Of a stretch of DNA of 63,629 nucleotides, positions 24,681 to 37,645 are shown piece after piece. The stretch covers positions 106,777,942 through 106,841,570 of the forward strand of contig NC_068987.1 in assembly GCF_001194135.2 (NCBI RefSeq), read 5' to 3'. Numbering within the stretch: position 1 is the first letter of the stretch; each line of letters starts with the position of its first letter. The translations under genes were made by a program, and so were the position numbers. Below the pieces are notes generated by a model. The model searched no databases, was not told where the DNA came from, and was given only the letters and a program-made list of their open reading frames with translations. Source of the DNA: Octopus bimaculoides. Its lineage: Eukaryota.

Positions 24681-25244
24681 CGAAATAGCACTAATATCAA
24701 TATATTGCTTCATAGGGAATGCGCTATGTGATAGGCCGCAAATCTTTTTCAGTCAGATATTTGTTTGTCATTTGTTTCATGTGATGAGACTAGGGGGAAC
24801 ATTGGTTCTTGCTAGAACGTTGAGTCATACTAAGCGATGTTTTTGCGCAACATTTGTTAGAATAGAATGACGTATATATGCGTTAAGTCTACATATATAA
24901 TAAATAATAGAAAAAAATGGTTGCGCAGAACATTACTCTTAATCAAAAAATTCGTAACATGAATATGTAAAGCGCGTTAATAAATCATCTCTTCCCTCAT
25001 GGGCACATCTTTACAGCTGACTAATTGCACATGGATATTTGTCTATATATTTATTTATTCATAAAATACACTGTATTAGTTGGGTAGTAATTTTTGTTGC
25101 ATCAACAGCATTACACAATTGTATAAATGAGATGTATCAGGCAGTAATTTGTTTACATTTTAGTAAATAGTTTTCTGCTGACATCATCGGCTGTTTTGAA
25201 GAGATGAGCATTTGTGGACGAAGATGTAACTATTATAGACACTA

Positions 25245-25405
25245 TAGGCATAGGAGTCGCTCTATGGTAAGAAGCTTGCTTCCCAACAACATGGTTCCGA
25301 GTTCAGTCACGCTGTGTGGAACCTTGGGAAACTGTCTTCTACAAGAGCTTCGAGTCGACCAATGCCATGTGACTGGATTTGGTAGACGGAGGTTGAAATC
25401 TTTTT
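25245..25405 (+). mobile_element. SINE family B 5' half
   Basis: GGCATAGGAGTCGCTCTATGGTAAG...GGTTCCGAGTTCAGTC. Confidence 0.85.
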
Positions 25406-25869
25406 ATTTACTCGTTTCTCGAACTTGTCAAATAGAATTTTGTGAGTGTAGCTTGTTCATTTATATAAAACAGATGTGTTGGGGGTGTTTTGTTTAGAAG
25501 AGAACATTGTTTTTGCCTTTTTGGGGAGGGGAGGTTCCATAACAATCCAGAAAGATAGATAGAAAGATAGGTAGATCGATTGATAAATAGTCAGACATAT
25601 AGATAGATAGATATATAGATAGATAGATAGATAGACAGGAGAGAGAGGAGGGAAGGGGATTCCACTTCCTATTCACCGTACATTTATTAATTTCGTCATT
25701 TACCATTGTATTGAACTAGGTTTAAGGATGGTGACCCTTCAATGAAAAAAAAAAGTAACAGATATGGTGTGGTTATCACTGTAAGTGTTTTTGCTTTCCT
25801 TCACTTTTCCCCCCCATTTTGTATCTTTTTTCCTCTTTGTTTCTTTTTCTCCTCTTTGCGTTATATCTA

Positions 25870-26730
25870 GAGTACAGAAGTACTGTCTCCGCTTTTCTTT
25901 CAAACATTCTTGAACGGAATATTTTAATGAAATGTAGTTCCTTTGCTTTTCGGTATTGCGGATCGTCCCGTGCACATTTGTAAAAGGGAAAAATTTTGAA
26001 TTCTCCGTCACTGCATTTTACCAAATGCTTACTTAATGGAATCTGCGTAATTTATCTTGTCGGATATATTGTCTGAGGCTTCTTGTACGTTGGCAGAGGG
26101 AATCATTTATTTCGTCAATATAATTTCATGTGCAGTTTGGGCTGGTAATGCAGTATATAAGTTTTTGCGTTTTGCAGTTCATATCTGCATTTATTTGGAA
26201 AGGGAACCGCTCTTGAATGTTATGAGGGAACCACTTTCTAAGTAATATGTTGTTATTGTTGCATGTTCCACATCTCCTATCTCTACATTCTTTTACTAAG
26301 AATTCTGATTCATTCTGCGATTTGAATTCTGCCCTTGTAATGTGTTTTTTTAAGGCTTTTTGGTTGGCGCCTACTATTCTCTAAGGTGTTTTATTTTGAG
26401 TCAGATTTTTCATTTTGGGGCTTTGTAGGTGTATAAGGAAGTTCGATTTTATGGCGTGAAAGATGTTGGTTATTCCAGGATTGTATGTGTTAACGAACGG
26501 AATCGTGTTGTCATTAACTTTTTCCTTAGGTGTCCGTAGTTGAGTGATGTTCAGTTTCATCGCTTTTTTTATTCCCTTTTTACTAGATCCAAAGGGGTAT
26601 TTCTGCATTGTGAGGAAGCCTTTGAGTTCGTTGAGTCAGATTTCATGTATTTTGGGGTCAGTCAGTATAGCACATAGGCGTCTTGCAATATTGTATGCAA
26701 TGGTGATTTCGTGCAAACAAAACTGTTTGT
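25870..26730 (-). mobile_element. Penelope-like element fragment: RT thumb/linker plus GIY-YIG endonuclease, degenerate
   Basis: Minus frames IAYNIARRLCAI..ELKGFLTMQKYP..GIKKA..IPFVNTYNP; RQPKSLKKHITRAEF..KECRDRRCGTC; INADMNCKTQKLIYCITSPNCT*NYID; FKIFPFYK..RKAKELHFIK. The CxxxRCxxC linker suggests a Neptune-like element. Confidence 0.85.
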
Positions 26731-27504
26731 AAAGCACTTTTATGCCAGATCTATAATTGTTTACATATATTGAACATGAACATTCATTATATTCATTTGA
26801 AATCCTCACAATTTTCTGTAAATGTTGTCGAGTTACATATCAAATCACAAGATATGATTTATCTAAGACAGTCATGGGTAAGCTGCGTCCTGCAGTATTT
26901 TCTGTATAGCACACCTAACGAAAATATTATCTTGAATTTCAAGATAATCAAAGAGCCATGACTAGTGCATTTCTCTTCACAAGAAATGTTGCAATGTCTG
27001 ATAAAATCACAACAGTAACAGCAACAGCAACTAGAACAACAACAACAGCAACAATGTACTGCAAAGAAGCACCCAACAACGAAACGTTTGAAGATTTCCT
27101 ATGGAGTCGTTAGAACATTCAATATCCCTTAAGGAAAGGATAGCACAGAATAAAGTCGTCTTAATCACACAATGCCTCAATGAAATACGGTATGTTGAAA
27201 TTAGGTTCTGAAAGTTAGCAAAACAGATATATTAAGAAGTTATCGTATAACAACTTGTGACAGACTAGAGTTGAAATATGGATTTTTTTGCGTATTATAT
27301 CATACATTTTAGGAGATTATATGTATTTAAGTGTAATGTATGTATTTGGAACTTAGAAGCGTGACAGGAGAAGTGTAGTGAGTTCAGAAGGAAGTGTATA
27401 TTAAACTCATTACCTTGTATTTTGTTTATTATATCATCATAAAACAGACGAAAATGACTCTCTAAAGTCAACTAGACATGGGATGTTCTGTATGATATTA
27501 AAAC

Positions 27505-27561
27505 TATCTATTTATCTATCCGTCTGTCTACCTGTCTATCTATCTATCTATCTATCTATCC

Positions 27562-27617
<56 letters not shown>

Positions 27618-27684
27618 ATCCATCTATCTTTCTAATCTTTCTATCTATCTATCCATCTATCTATCTATCTATCTATCTATCTAT
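27505..27684. repeat. (TATC)n microsatellite
   Basis: Seen directly. Confidence 0.95.
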
Positions 27685-28417
27685 NNNNNNNNNNNNNNNN
27701 NNNNNNNNNNNNNNNNNNNNNNNNNNNNNNNNNNNNNNNNNNNNNNNNNNNNNNNNNNNNNNNNNNNNNNNNNNNNNNNNNNNNNNNNNNNNNNNNNNNN
27801 NNNNNNNNNNNNNNNNNNNNNNNNNNNNNNNNNNNNNNNNNNNNNNNNNNNNNNNNNNNNNNNNNNNNNNNNNNNNNNNNNNNNNNNNNNNNNNNNNNNN
27901 NNNNNNNNNNNNNNNNNNNNNNNNNNNNNNNNNNNNNNNNNNNNNNNNNNNNNNNNNNNNNNNNNNNNNNNNNNNNNNNNNNNNNNNNNNNNNNNNNNNN
28001 NNNNNNNNNNNNNNNNNNNNNNNNNNNNNNNNNNNNNNNNNNNNNNNNNNNNNNNNNNNNNNNNNNNNNNNNNNNNNNNNNNNNNNNNNNNNNNNNNNNN
28101 NNNNNNNNNNNNNNNNNNNNNNNNNNNNNNNNNNNNNNNNNNNNNNNNNNNNNNNNNNNNNNNNNNNNNNNNNNNNNNNNNNNNNNNNNNNNNNNNNNNN
28201 NNNNNNNNNNNNNNNNNNNNNNNNNNNNNNNNNNNNNNNNNNNNNNNNNNNNNNNNNNNNNNNNNNNNNNNNNNNNNNNNNNNNNNNNNNNNNNNNNNNN
28301 NNNNNNNNNNNNNNNNNNNNNNNNNNNNNNNNNNNNNNNNNNNNNNNNNNNNNNNNNNNNNNNNNNNNNNNNNNNNNNNNNNNNNNNNNNNNNNNNNNNN
28401 NNNNNNNNNNNNNNNNN

Positions 28418-28495
28418 CCCCTCCCAAAAAGAAAAGCTCTACATTGTATTTGTCCCATCTTCGTTGAGCCCTGTGTGGCTAATAAAAGAAATGTA
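28418..28495 (+). mobile_element. LINE/SINE 3' tail stub related to the tails at 23791-23855 and 45311-45372
   Basis: TGTATTTGTCCC...CCCTGTGTGGCTAATAAAAGAAAT. Confidence 0.6.
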
Positions 28496-28509
28496 TCTAT
28501 CTATCTTTC

Positions 28510-28750
28510 TCTCTATATATAGTGAATGTGTCTGAGTTTCTGCCCACCACCATCGCTTTACAACCGATGTTGGCGTGTATATGTCCCCGTAACATAGCAG
28601 ACAGAATAGCGGCAAAGAGTCCGTAACAAAGCGTCCGACAGAACAAGTACTAGCTTACAAAGAATAAGTTCTGGAGCAGATTTCCTCGACTAAGGGCGGT
28701 TCTCCAGCAGGACCACAGTCCGACGGCTGAAACAAATAAAACAATAAAAG
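28510..28750 (+). mobile_element. SINE family B 3' half
   Basis: CAACCGATGTTGGCGTG..CCCCGTAAC..CTTACAAAGAATAAG..CTCGACTAAGGGCGG. Confidence 0.85.
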
Positions 28751-29169
28751 GATATATATATATATATGTATGTATGTATGAAGTCAGATACAAACATAGA
28801 CATATACATGTATATATATTTATCTAAAATAACTCGATATATATAAATATGTATACACGTACATATGAATTTGTGTGAGATCACGCCTGTATGCGCGTGC
28901 GTCCGCGTGTGTGTGTGCAGGGCATGTGTATGTATATATGTTTGTCGGTGTGTGTGTTTTTATGTGTGTGTTTTTCACTTTTTGGCAGCTTCCGACCACC
29001 AGGATTTGAACTGTGTATATTTGTAATGTGGATATTAATAGTAGTATTAACAGAATACGTTGCCACTGAGAGGTGCTAGCAATCCGTTATAGATTTATAA
29101 TGTAAAAACATTTCCCGCTCATCATTCATTATTTTCAGGTTTGTCAACAGCATGTTTGTATCCCTTAAC

Positions 29170-29500
29170 AGTTAAATTGACGATTAAACGTATCTAAGAA
29201 AACTTACATCTAATTCTTATCATAACTCTTCCCAAATTAATAAGAAAATGTTGAAAGAATTTGAATATAATATTGATAAATAGCAATTTTGAACGGAAAG
29301 ACATACACACACTCAATGGATCATTAAAATATACAAGTTTTTATCATTCTCTCTCTGTTTACTTTCTCTTATTCGTTTCTGTTGAAGAGTATAGACTCGA
29401 AACCTAAAAGAAGTTTCATTTTCCCGAGCGCCAAACTAATACACTTGCCTGACTTCGTCTTTTGTTTTTCTATAAATTTCATCTTTATATAATTTCGTTT
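29170..29500 (+). mobile_element. Probable Penelope-like 3' end / pseudo-LTR remnant carrying a hammerhead-like motif at 29373-29411
   Basis: TCGTTT-CTGTTGA-A-GAG.TATAGA.CTC-GAAA-CC-TA-AAAGA. Upstream KKMLKEFE..ILN weakly resembles a GIY-YIG C-terminus. Confidence 0.5.
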
Positions 29501-29639
29501 GTTTTATAAGGTGGACCACCCCAATGCAACGTTTCTGGCTTGAATGTCAACAAGTGCCATTCTAAGGCATTTTTGTTTGTTTGCTGTAACCTCAGCTTAA
29601 ACCAAAATCAAGAGATGTGGACCATTGCTGAGGCACTCA

Positions 29640-29830
29640 AGTTTGAAGGATGTTACTTTCGACTCCCACACTGGGCGGTGCGCTGAGCTCTTGAGCAAAA
29701 TACTTCATTTCACGTTGCTTCAGCAATAAATGTTACTTCGTGATGAAATGGAGACCCACTCAGGGACGATGTTCCGATTACATTCACGTATTCACCATGG
29801 GAACGCGATATATGCACCTATGAATCTTGT
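29640..29830 (+). mobile_element. SINE family C variant (C head, different body), degenerate
   Basis: CTTGAGCAAAATACTTCATTTCACGTTGCTTCAG block shared with family C. Confidence 0.6.
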
Positions 29831-31693
29831 GACACCAGACAATAATGACCAAGGAATTAACGTTGATAACGACGAGTTTAATCCAAGCGCTGTGAATAAA
29901 ACTGGAACTCGAGAAATTGTGAGGAAACTCCTGAGATAGGTGTAACACAATAGATATACTCTGCTGTGAATTTCACATGTTGCCTCGTCTAATGTAACTA
30001 ATTGCTTTTGTGTGTTTATTAATGTTTTAAAGTCAGTAGAACCGGATTCATGGATAATTCATTCATCATGACTGTCTTCTCTCTAATATAACGTCAGTGG
30101 TATAGAAAGCTCCACTATATATATATATATATATNNNNNNNNNNNNNNNNNNNNNNNNNNNNNNNNNNNNNNNNNNNNNNNNNNNNNNNNNNNNNNNNNN
30201 NNNNNNNNNNNNNNNNNNNNNNNNNNNNNNNNNNNNNNNNNNNNNNNNNNNNNNNNNNNNNNNNNNNNNNNNNNNNNNNNNNNNNNNNNNNNNNNNNNNN
30301 NNNNNNNNNNNNNNNNNNNNNNNNNNNNNNNNNNNNNNNNNNNNNNNNNNNNNNNNNNNNNNNNNNNNNNNNNNNNNNNNNNNNNNNNNNNNNNNNNNNN
30401 NNNNNNNNNNNNNNNNNNNNNNNNNNNNNNNNNNNNNNNNNNNNNNNNNNNNNNNNNNNNNNNNNNNNNNNNNNNNNNNNNNNNNNNNNNNNNNNNNNNN
30501 NNNNNNNNNNNNNNNNNNNNNNNNNNNNNNNNNNNNNNNNNNNNNNNNNNNNNNNNNNNNNNNNNNNNNNNNNNNNNNNNNNNNNNNNNNNNNNNNNNNN
30601 NNNNNNNNNNNNNNNNNNNNNNNNNNNNNNNNNNNNNNNNNNNNNNNNNNNNNNNNNNNNNNNNNNNNNNNNNNNNNNNNNNNNNNNNNNNNNNNNNNNN
30701 NNNNNNNNNNNNNNNNNNNNNNNNNNNNNNNNNNNNNNNNNNNNNNNNNNNNNNNNNGGGGTAGATAGGTAGATAGATTGATAGATAGTTACATACATAC
30801 TTGCATGCATACTTACATTCATACATACATACATACATACATACATACATACATACATACCTACATACATAAATACATACATACATAGTTACATACATAT
30901 GAATATGTGTACATATATATGCATCTATGCATGTATGTGTGTATCAATACACGAAGGAAGACTTTTAGTTTTACGTTAATTAAAATGTAAAATTGTCTTA
31001 TCTGTAATGGCTCATTCGTCTCAAAAGCAGCATTGTGTCTCAATTAAACATGACAGCAGAATATCCAACTTAAAAGTACTTAACTGAAACATACAAAAAC
31101 ATAAAAAGACTCTTCGCAAGTGAAGTTATTTCCAAACGTATATCAATTACGTTGTGAAATTCGTTGTTATGATTACTATCTCGAAATAAATTTGTTTCGT
31201 CTTAAATTTGAATAATTCGAAAAGATTCAAGAAATTCTATTATGAGTTATGTTCTATTTATCTTTCCTTACTTTTCCTTACTTTTTATCATTCATATATG
31301 TTTCACAGACTATACACCAACTCTGCAACCTGTCATCTCAAGCCAATGCTAGAAGTAACAATGTTATTTGCCATAAATCACCCTCCACGCGTTTAAGCAT
31401 GGACGGAATCCTTAGGTAGTTTATTTCTAAATACCATTAAAGTGACGTGATGCTCACAGTTCGAATGTTATCTTGGGTATACTCAACTATTCCTCTAAGT
31501 GATAGCGATTTCCTTTCACGGGGTCTTAGTTCTTATGATTTCCCTTCATATTCTACTCACGAAAATGAAACTTAGCCTTTAATATTGATAAAGTAATTCC
31601 TAACAAACAATCGAGTTTCATTTATCAACTATTTCCTCTCCTTAAAATTTCTTTCGTAATTAATACCTAGTTTCGAATGTGTTACTCACCATC

Positions 31694-31880
31694 TAAGGCG
31701 GTAAGCTGGCAGAATTGTTGCTTAGCGGTAGTTCATCGGTCTTTACGTACTGAGATCAAATTCCACTGTGGTCGACTTTACCGGGTTCGATAAAATAAAT
31801 ACCAGCTGAGCACTGGGGCGGATATAATCGACTCACCTCTCCCCCCAGACTGCTGGCATTGTGCCAACATTTGAAATCAA
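31694..31880 (+). mobile_element. SINE family A copy
   Basis: AAGGCGGTAAGCTGGCAGAA head and CTGCTGGCATTGTGCCAACATTTGAAA tail. Confidence 0.85.
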
Positions 31881-31922
31881 ATTGTTTCACCTTTTGCATA
31901 TCTGATACAATTTATTATTGTA

Positions 31923-32154
31923 TTGGGTTGTCCGGAAAGTTCGATCCGATTGTTAACGGAAAGAAAAAGGTCGATAAATACTTGCCATTACATTTTTAAT
32001 CAACCAAATATGAACCATGTTGTTGCACAATGCGTCTGTCTCCATCTTTCCTTTAACTTGAAAATACCCTTTTCCCAGAATTGAGGTGGTTTCGTGGCAA
32101 ATAAGTCGAAAGGTAAGCTACTACAATTCGGCACGAAGTTTCCGGACAACCCAA
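31923..32154. mobile_element. mariner-derived MITE with intact TIRs and TA duplication
   Basis: TA|TTGGGTTGTCCGGAAAGTTCG ... CGAAGTTTCCGGACAACCCAA|TA. Interior on the minus strand reads FATKPPQFWEKGIFKLKERWRQ..VQQHGSYLVD*, a mariner C-terminus. Confidence 0.92.
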
Positions 32155-32339
32155 TAATAACAAGTGTTGCAGCCGTGCTGATACAGTCTTTCTCTATTAT
32201 ATTGTCTCTGTCGGATTATATATATCAGTTTGTATTTTCCTTTTAAGTGCAGTAACAAGGATCTTTAGAAAAATTTCACTGGTATTTCTAGCAAAATCAG
32301 CGAGTGACAACTGAGACGCGCCCACGAAAGTTGTACGTT

Positions 32340-32700
32340 GGTGTTATTCCACATATTTCACAATGAAAGCAATTTTTCCTCAGTGGCACCATGCTTTTTC
32401 TGTATTTTATTTGCTTGAATTTGATGAGATATCTTCTTGAAATGGTTATCAACTTCTTTGTTGATATGGCCTAGGATGCCGATAACAATTGGTGCCACTC
32501 TCTGTTTATTTGCATTTCTGCATTATTCCTTTACTTTTCTGTGAATTTCAGTCTGTAATATCTTTTGTAGTCTAATAGTTTTGCTATTTCCTTTACATGA
32601 ATTTTATTGTCAGCTGGACATGACATATATCGATCGATGTACAGCAATTATCATGCTTAAATTTTTAGTGACACTTATCACTGGCATCGTTTTTGCCATC
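32340..32700 (-). mobile_element. Second, older R4/Dong-like RLE fragment
   Basis: Minus frames ID..SCPADNKIHVKEIAKLLDYK / LQTEIHR..VAPIVIGILGHINKEVDNHFKKI..IQK. Confidence 0.8.
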
Positions 32701-33141
32701 ACCATCATCGTCTTATCGAACTTGCCGTCTGTTTCATCACCATCATCGTCGTAGTCATTGTCATCGTCATCATCACCGTCATCGTCGTCGTCGACGCCGT
32801 CGTTGTTACCTTCGGCGGTGATGGCGCTGTTGTTGTAATCCTCCTCTCCCCGCTCACTTCACCACATCATCATCATCACAACCAGTGTCATTTAAATATC
32901 ATTGTTCGATACTCCGTCATCATCAGTGATATCGCAATTATTTTCATTGACATCATCAACAAAACGATACGTCTAATATTTAATTTTACAGATGATACTA
33001 TATAATTAAATTCAATAATCATGATATGTAATAGTAGTATTACTCATAATTATTTTCAACGCGTTAAAATTCTGTATATTTTATGAGTGTAACAGCAGCA
33101 GCAGCAGCAGCAGCAGCAACACCACCAGTAGTAGCAACAAC

Positions 33142-33207
<66 letters not shown>

Positions 33208-33214
33208 ATAAATG

Positions 33215-33253
<39 letters not shown>

Positions 33254-33260
33254 ACAGCAG
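32700..33260. repeat. Degenerate (CAT/CGT) and (CAG/TAT/TAG) microsatellites
   Basis: Seen directly. Confidence 0.9.
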
Positions 33261-35149
33261 TAAATTCTTTACTTTATCGTAATTAATTCCATGATAGTCC
33301 AAAGATTCTCAGTCGGTGTTTTTTTTTTCCCTTCCATTCAATTAAAGTTATTTTAAGTAAATCGTATGAGCGTTCGTGTGTATATTTACCGCTTTCATTT
33401 CTTTCTGTTGTTCTTAAATTTATATTTAAATCTTATAAATAAGTTGGCTGTTTTCTCACATAGAATCAAATCTCCCTCACTCAAATTTACAAATCGAAAA
33501 TATATGAATCCAAAATAAAAAGTCCTTTTTCTTATTCTTTTATAGTATTCGTTTTGCTTATAAAAGGAATTCTCAGAATATGAATTAACACATCCTTCTT
33601 TTGTCTGAAAACCCTAATGTTTTCTAGTTTAATTCTTAAACACCCGGTATACAAGCATGCATCACAATGACGTTTTTGTACAAATGTAACTGCAAGTGAG
33701 AAGAACACAAGTTGCCTGTGTCCAATGAGTTGTCTATGCGCACCTTCTTGCTCATTGGTGTTTGTTAACAAATATAAAGTCGAAATATTTGGGCAATTAA
33801 CTGCCACACTAAAGCTTGATTTTTGCATTTTCACGTACTAGGTCAATGGGCACTCAAAACATTTAGTGGGAGTTATATTGTTCAAAATAGTTTGATTCAG
33901 ATTCCGTGTTACTTCAAGTTCCTAAAGCCCTGATGGAGTCTTTCGTTAGGCTGTTCAAAATTTGAATCCGACTGGTCTGACAGGAAGCTCCGTTGAGGAG
34001 CTTCGAAATTGAAGCAGCACGTGATTTGAATCTGCTTTGAAAAAGAAACACACACACACAGATTGGTGGTTAGATAGATAGATAGGGAGATAGATAGATA
34101 GAGAGATAGATAGAGAGAGAGAGAGAAAGAGAGAGAGAGGGAGAGAGAGAGAGAGAGAGAGATTTCAATGTTGGTTTAATTGAGTACATATGTGTATATG
34201 TGTATCTGTATGCATTAGTGAATGCGTACATGTACGTATTTACGTATGTACGTATGTTTGAATTATGCATTTGTATAAAAGGAAAGTCAGATTTAATAGA
34301 CATTTAGATATAAAATCTCATGTTATTCGGTGCATTTTTTCTTCGTTCTTCGTTCAAACCTTTCCCGAGTAAATTTAGTCATTCCTTCTTTCTTGGGCCA
34401 ATAAATAATATAAAAGTTTATTATGTTCGAATTTAATCAGCCATAACGCTCTTCCTAGCAAATATGTAGCCTGTGCCTACATTAAAAATCTATTTTACAC
34501 AACATGTAAATTGATACCATTGTAGTACATTTTTCCATATTCTATATTGAAAATCATTTTCCTCATACATACATATATATAATTGTTCGGTCTACTACCC
34601 TCCGTTGTCCATCTATAAAATGTCTAGTCAGGAAAACTATTTTGATCTTTATGCCTATTTTAAGTGTTAATACACCAATAGTTCGTCTTCTGATAGGTAC
34701 TAGCAAAAGTACCATTGTTTTTCTCTCTCCTTATGTACTATACACGTCCGATGCAGTAGATTATTATATCGAGAATAAAAAAATATCTGGAAATACAGAT
34801 GTAATTTCCAATTCAGTCTCTCTACTTATCTTTGAGAATAAGCGAGTTATTATGTATCGTAAACTTGCTCAAGTTTATAAAAATATTATTTCGCAGCTGG
34901 TAGTTTGAATTCTATTCAATTTTTCTGATGAAAACTGCTAGTAGTCCTGAAATAATATGACTATATGACGATATTAAACCTCACATAGTCTTTTTTATTG
35001 TCTCCTTCTATTGTCCGTGTATGCAACGGACAAGATCTATCTCGCTCAACATATAATTTTGTTATTAACGTATTCAGAGGTGTTGATCCAGAGCTGTGAT
35101 TATTGCACAAAGCTGTTATTCTTCTTTTAGACTATAAATATTTTACACA

Positions 35150-35350
35150 TCGATAGTGCGGCTCTCAGTCGAACTACTAGAAATAGCAGCTATGACTCTT
35201 TCAAATCACACACTACTATCTCTGCAAAAGGGAGACCATAATAGATACTCAAGGTCTAGCTTAAACAGTAGTTTACAAAATCTAGGATGGTTATAGCATA
35301 AATGTCACTCATCATGCATACGTGTGATTTAGGTCTGAATAACAACATTT
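35150..35350 (+). mobile_element. Degenerate interspersed repeat (family D), probably related in reverse to 62700-62830
   Basis: GAAATAGCAGC..TCAAATCACAC..CTAGGATGG..AACAAC blocks; recognition only. Confidence 0.45.
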
Positions 35351-36437
35351 ATAGAATATAATGAGTTCTTTTTGACAGAAGTGTGAGGCACAATGTGCAA
35401 GATTTACAACAATTTTGACTTTGAGAAAATATATGTTTTTACAAGTGTTCACTACCATACAAAATCTATATCAACTAAGTAAATGATGTTCTCTAAATGC
35501 ATTAAACTATAATAGCATACTCTGAACACTATTTCCGAAAGTCGTCTCTTTTTTTTTTTTTTTGAGCATATAAAAAACAAATTTAGTTGAGGCAAAATGA
35601 GTATGGCAAGATAAGGAAACTCTGTCCCATCGATTCTCCAGAATTACATTTTAGAAAAGACTTATATACATTAATATCCATTGCAGACGTCAGAACTTCC
35701 AAAAATGCAAGAAAAATTTAAAATATCAGGTCAAATTGTTAGAGGATCAGGGGAAAATTGTACATAATATGAAATTAACGAAGCTGAAATTACTATAACG
35801 TCTCAGCATAAAACATTCTCTATAACCTATTTACGATCAGCTGGAGTGGTTCCCTTCATGATATATTTTATGCACCATGTAGTTTAAGAGAATAAATTAT
35901 CGAAGTAAGTCACTACTCATTTTGCCCCGGCATAGCCGTCAATTTTTGTGAATTGAAAATTGTCAAATTAGACATTAATGTGACAAAAATTGATTTGACG
36001 AGAAAAGAATAGTGATTGTTAAATACCAAATATTATTCAGATATTTTATTAACAACCTGAATTACAATTGGGTATAATTTGAATCAAATTGGTATTGATA
36101 AATGTACCTGTCACCGGACTATGTTTCAAAACATTTCAACTTTAACAGCAACAGTTAGATTTTACTCCCAAAGATGATGTAACAGTACAAAATGACGATA
36201 CAATACTTGTAATGTAATAGTTTTAAACAAGAAGGGAAAAACTAAGGAGAAATCAGAAACTACTCACTTTACCTCAGTTAATATTTTTGCACCACTGCCC
36301 CGAATTTTTATATGTTAGAAATACCAACTAAATTCTTATATGACACCCAAGACAGAACAGTTCATTATACAATGAAGTAAGATGGACAACTAGATAGAGA
36401 GATAGATAGGTAGANNNNNNNNNNTATATATATATAT

Positions 36438-36474
<37 letters not shown>

Positions 36475-37351
36475 CGGAGATATACGCAACTACACTCAAT
36501 CATCAAGTATCTATGGCTTTGTTTAGATAAATTTTCCAATACATGCACACATGCTCACTTACACAAATGCATATACATATTAGTATACGTACGCTCATTT
36601 AAGCTACATTTAACTTTAAAAAAAAATTCATCAGATATGTGATCATTTAAAAAGGCACCTGCCAAAAACACACGTGAATAAACATGAACATTATAGAAAC
36701 AAAGTTTATATGAAATAAAGAGAAAATATGTTAGACAAAATAAAAAGTAAACAAAATAAATGTATAAGTAGTAACAAAAGTAGTAACGGAAACAAAGTGA
36801 AAAAAGAAATATGAACAAAATCATGATTGTGATATGTATAGAAAATGAAGGGACAACATAACGAAAAGAAAAAAAAAAGCAGGAGGGATAATTATAGAAG
36901 AGAAAGAAAAGATTTGAAAAGAACGCAATCGGAGAGAAGGTATTTATTTGTGAGTCTCCATGATGGAAAGACCGGTCAATGTGCTTAGGCATCCGTGGAG
37001 AGATTGTGTGTGCGTGTGTTTGAGAGAGTGCGTTTGTGCGTGTGAGTGTGAGAGTGTGTGAGTGACTGAGTGTCTGAGAGACAGTGAGCAAGAGAGAGAT
37101 GCAAGTTCTTAAATTAGAGAATGCAAGTAGAAAGATTAAGAAAGCACTGGTAAAATCTGGATTTAGTGTGTATGACTATGTTTGCGTATGTATGCGTGCG
37201 TGTGTCTATGCACGCGCGCGTGTGCGTGTTTGTAAATACATATTTTGGGGGAGAAAACCAGCTGTTATAGAGTACGAATGCAGAAAAATAGGTAGATGAA
37301 AGGAAGAGAAACGACAAAGTGGTGAACAAAAATACTTATAATATACATATA

Positions 37352-37560
37352 AGTTGGTGGGGTGGTAGAATCGTTAGCACGCCGGAGAAAGTGCTTAGAG
37401 GTATTTTGTCCGTTTTTACGCTCTTATTTCAAGTTCCGCTGAGGTTGATTTAGATTATCATCCTTTTGGGGTCAATAAAATAAGTACCTGTTGAGCTCTG
37501 GGATCGCTGAAAATCGACCTACACCTTTTCCGAAATTTCTAGTTTTGTGCTAAATTTTAA
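37352..37560 (+). mobile_element. SINE family A copy
   Basis: GGTAGAATCGTTAGCACGCCGG..GTGCTTAG..GGGGTCAATAAAATAAGTACC. Confidence 0.85.
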
Positions 37561-37645
37561 ACTACTATACTACGTGAATGTGTGTGTGCATGATGTAAAA
37601 ATAATACATGTGCGTAAGATGCAGGTCCACACATTTATTCATGAA

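Noticed and set aside
33977-34008. CTGACAG plus perfect 8-bp hairpin plus GAAA
   Set aside because: Core is not CUGANGA and no stem I/III or UH site follows; at most a heavily decayed motif.
36555-37091. 178-aa minus ORF, the longest without N
   Set aside because: Built from (CA)n and a T-rich low-complexity tract; F/L/Y/I composition reflects base bias.
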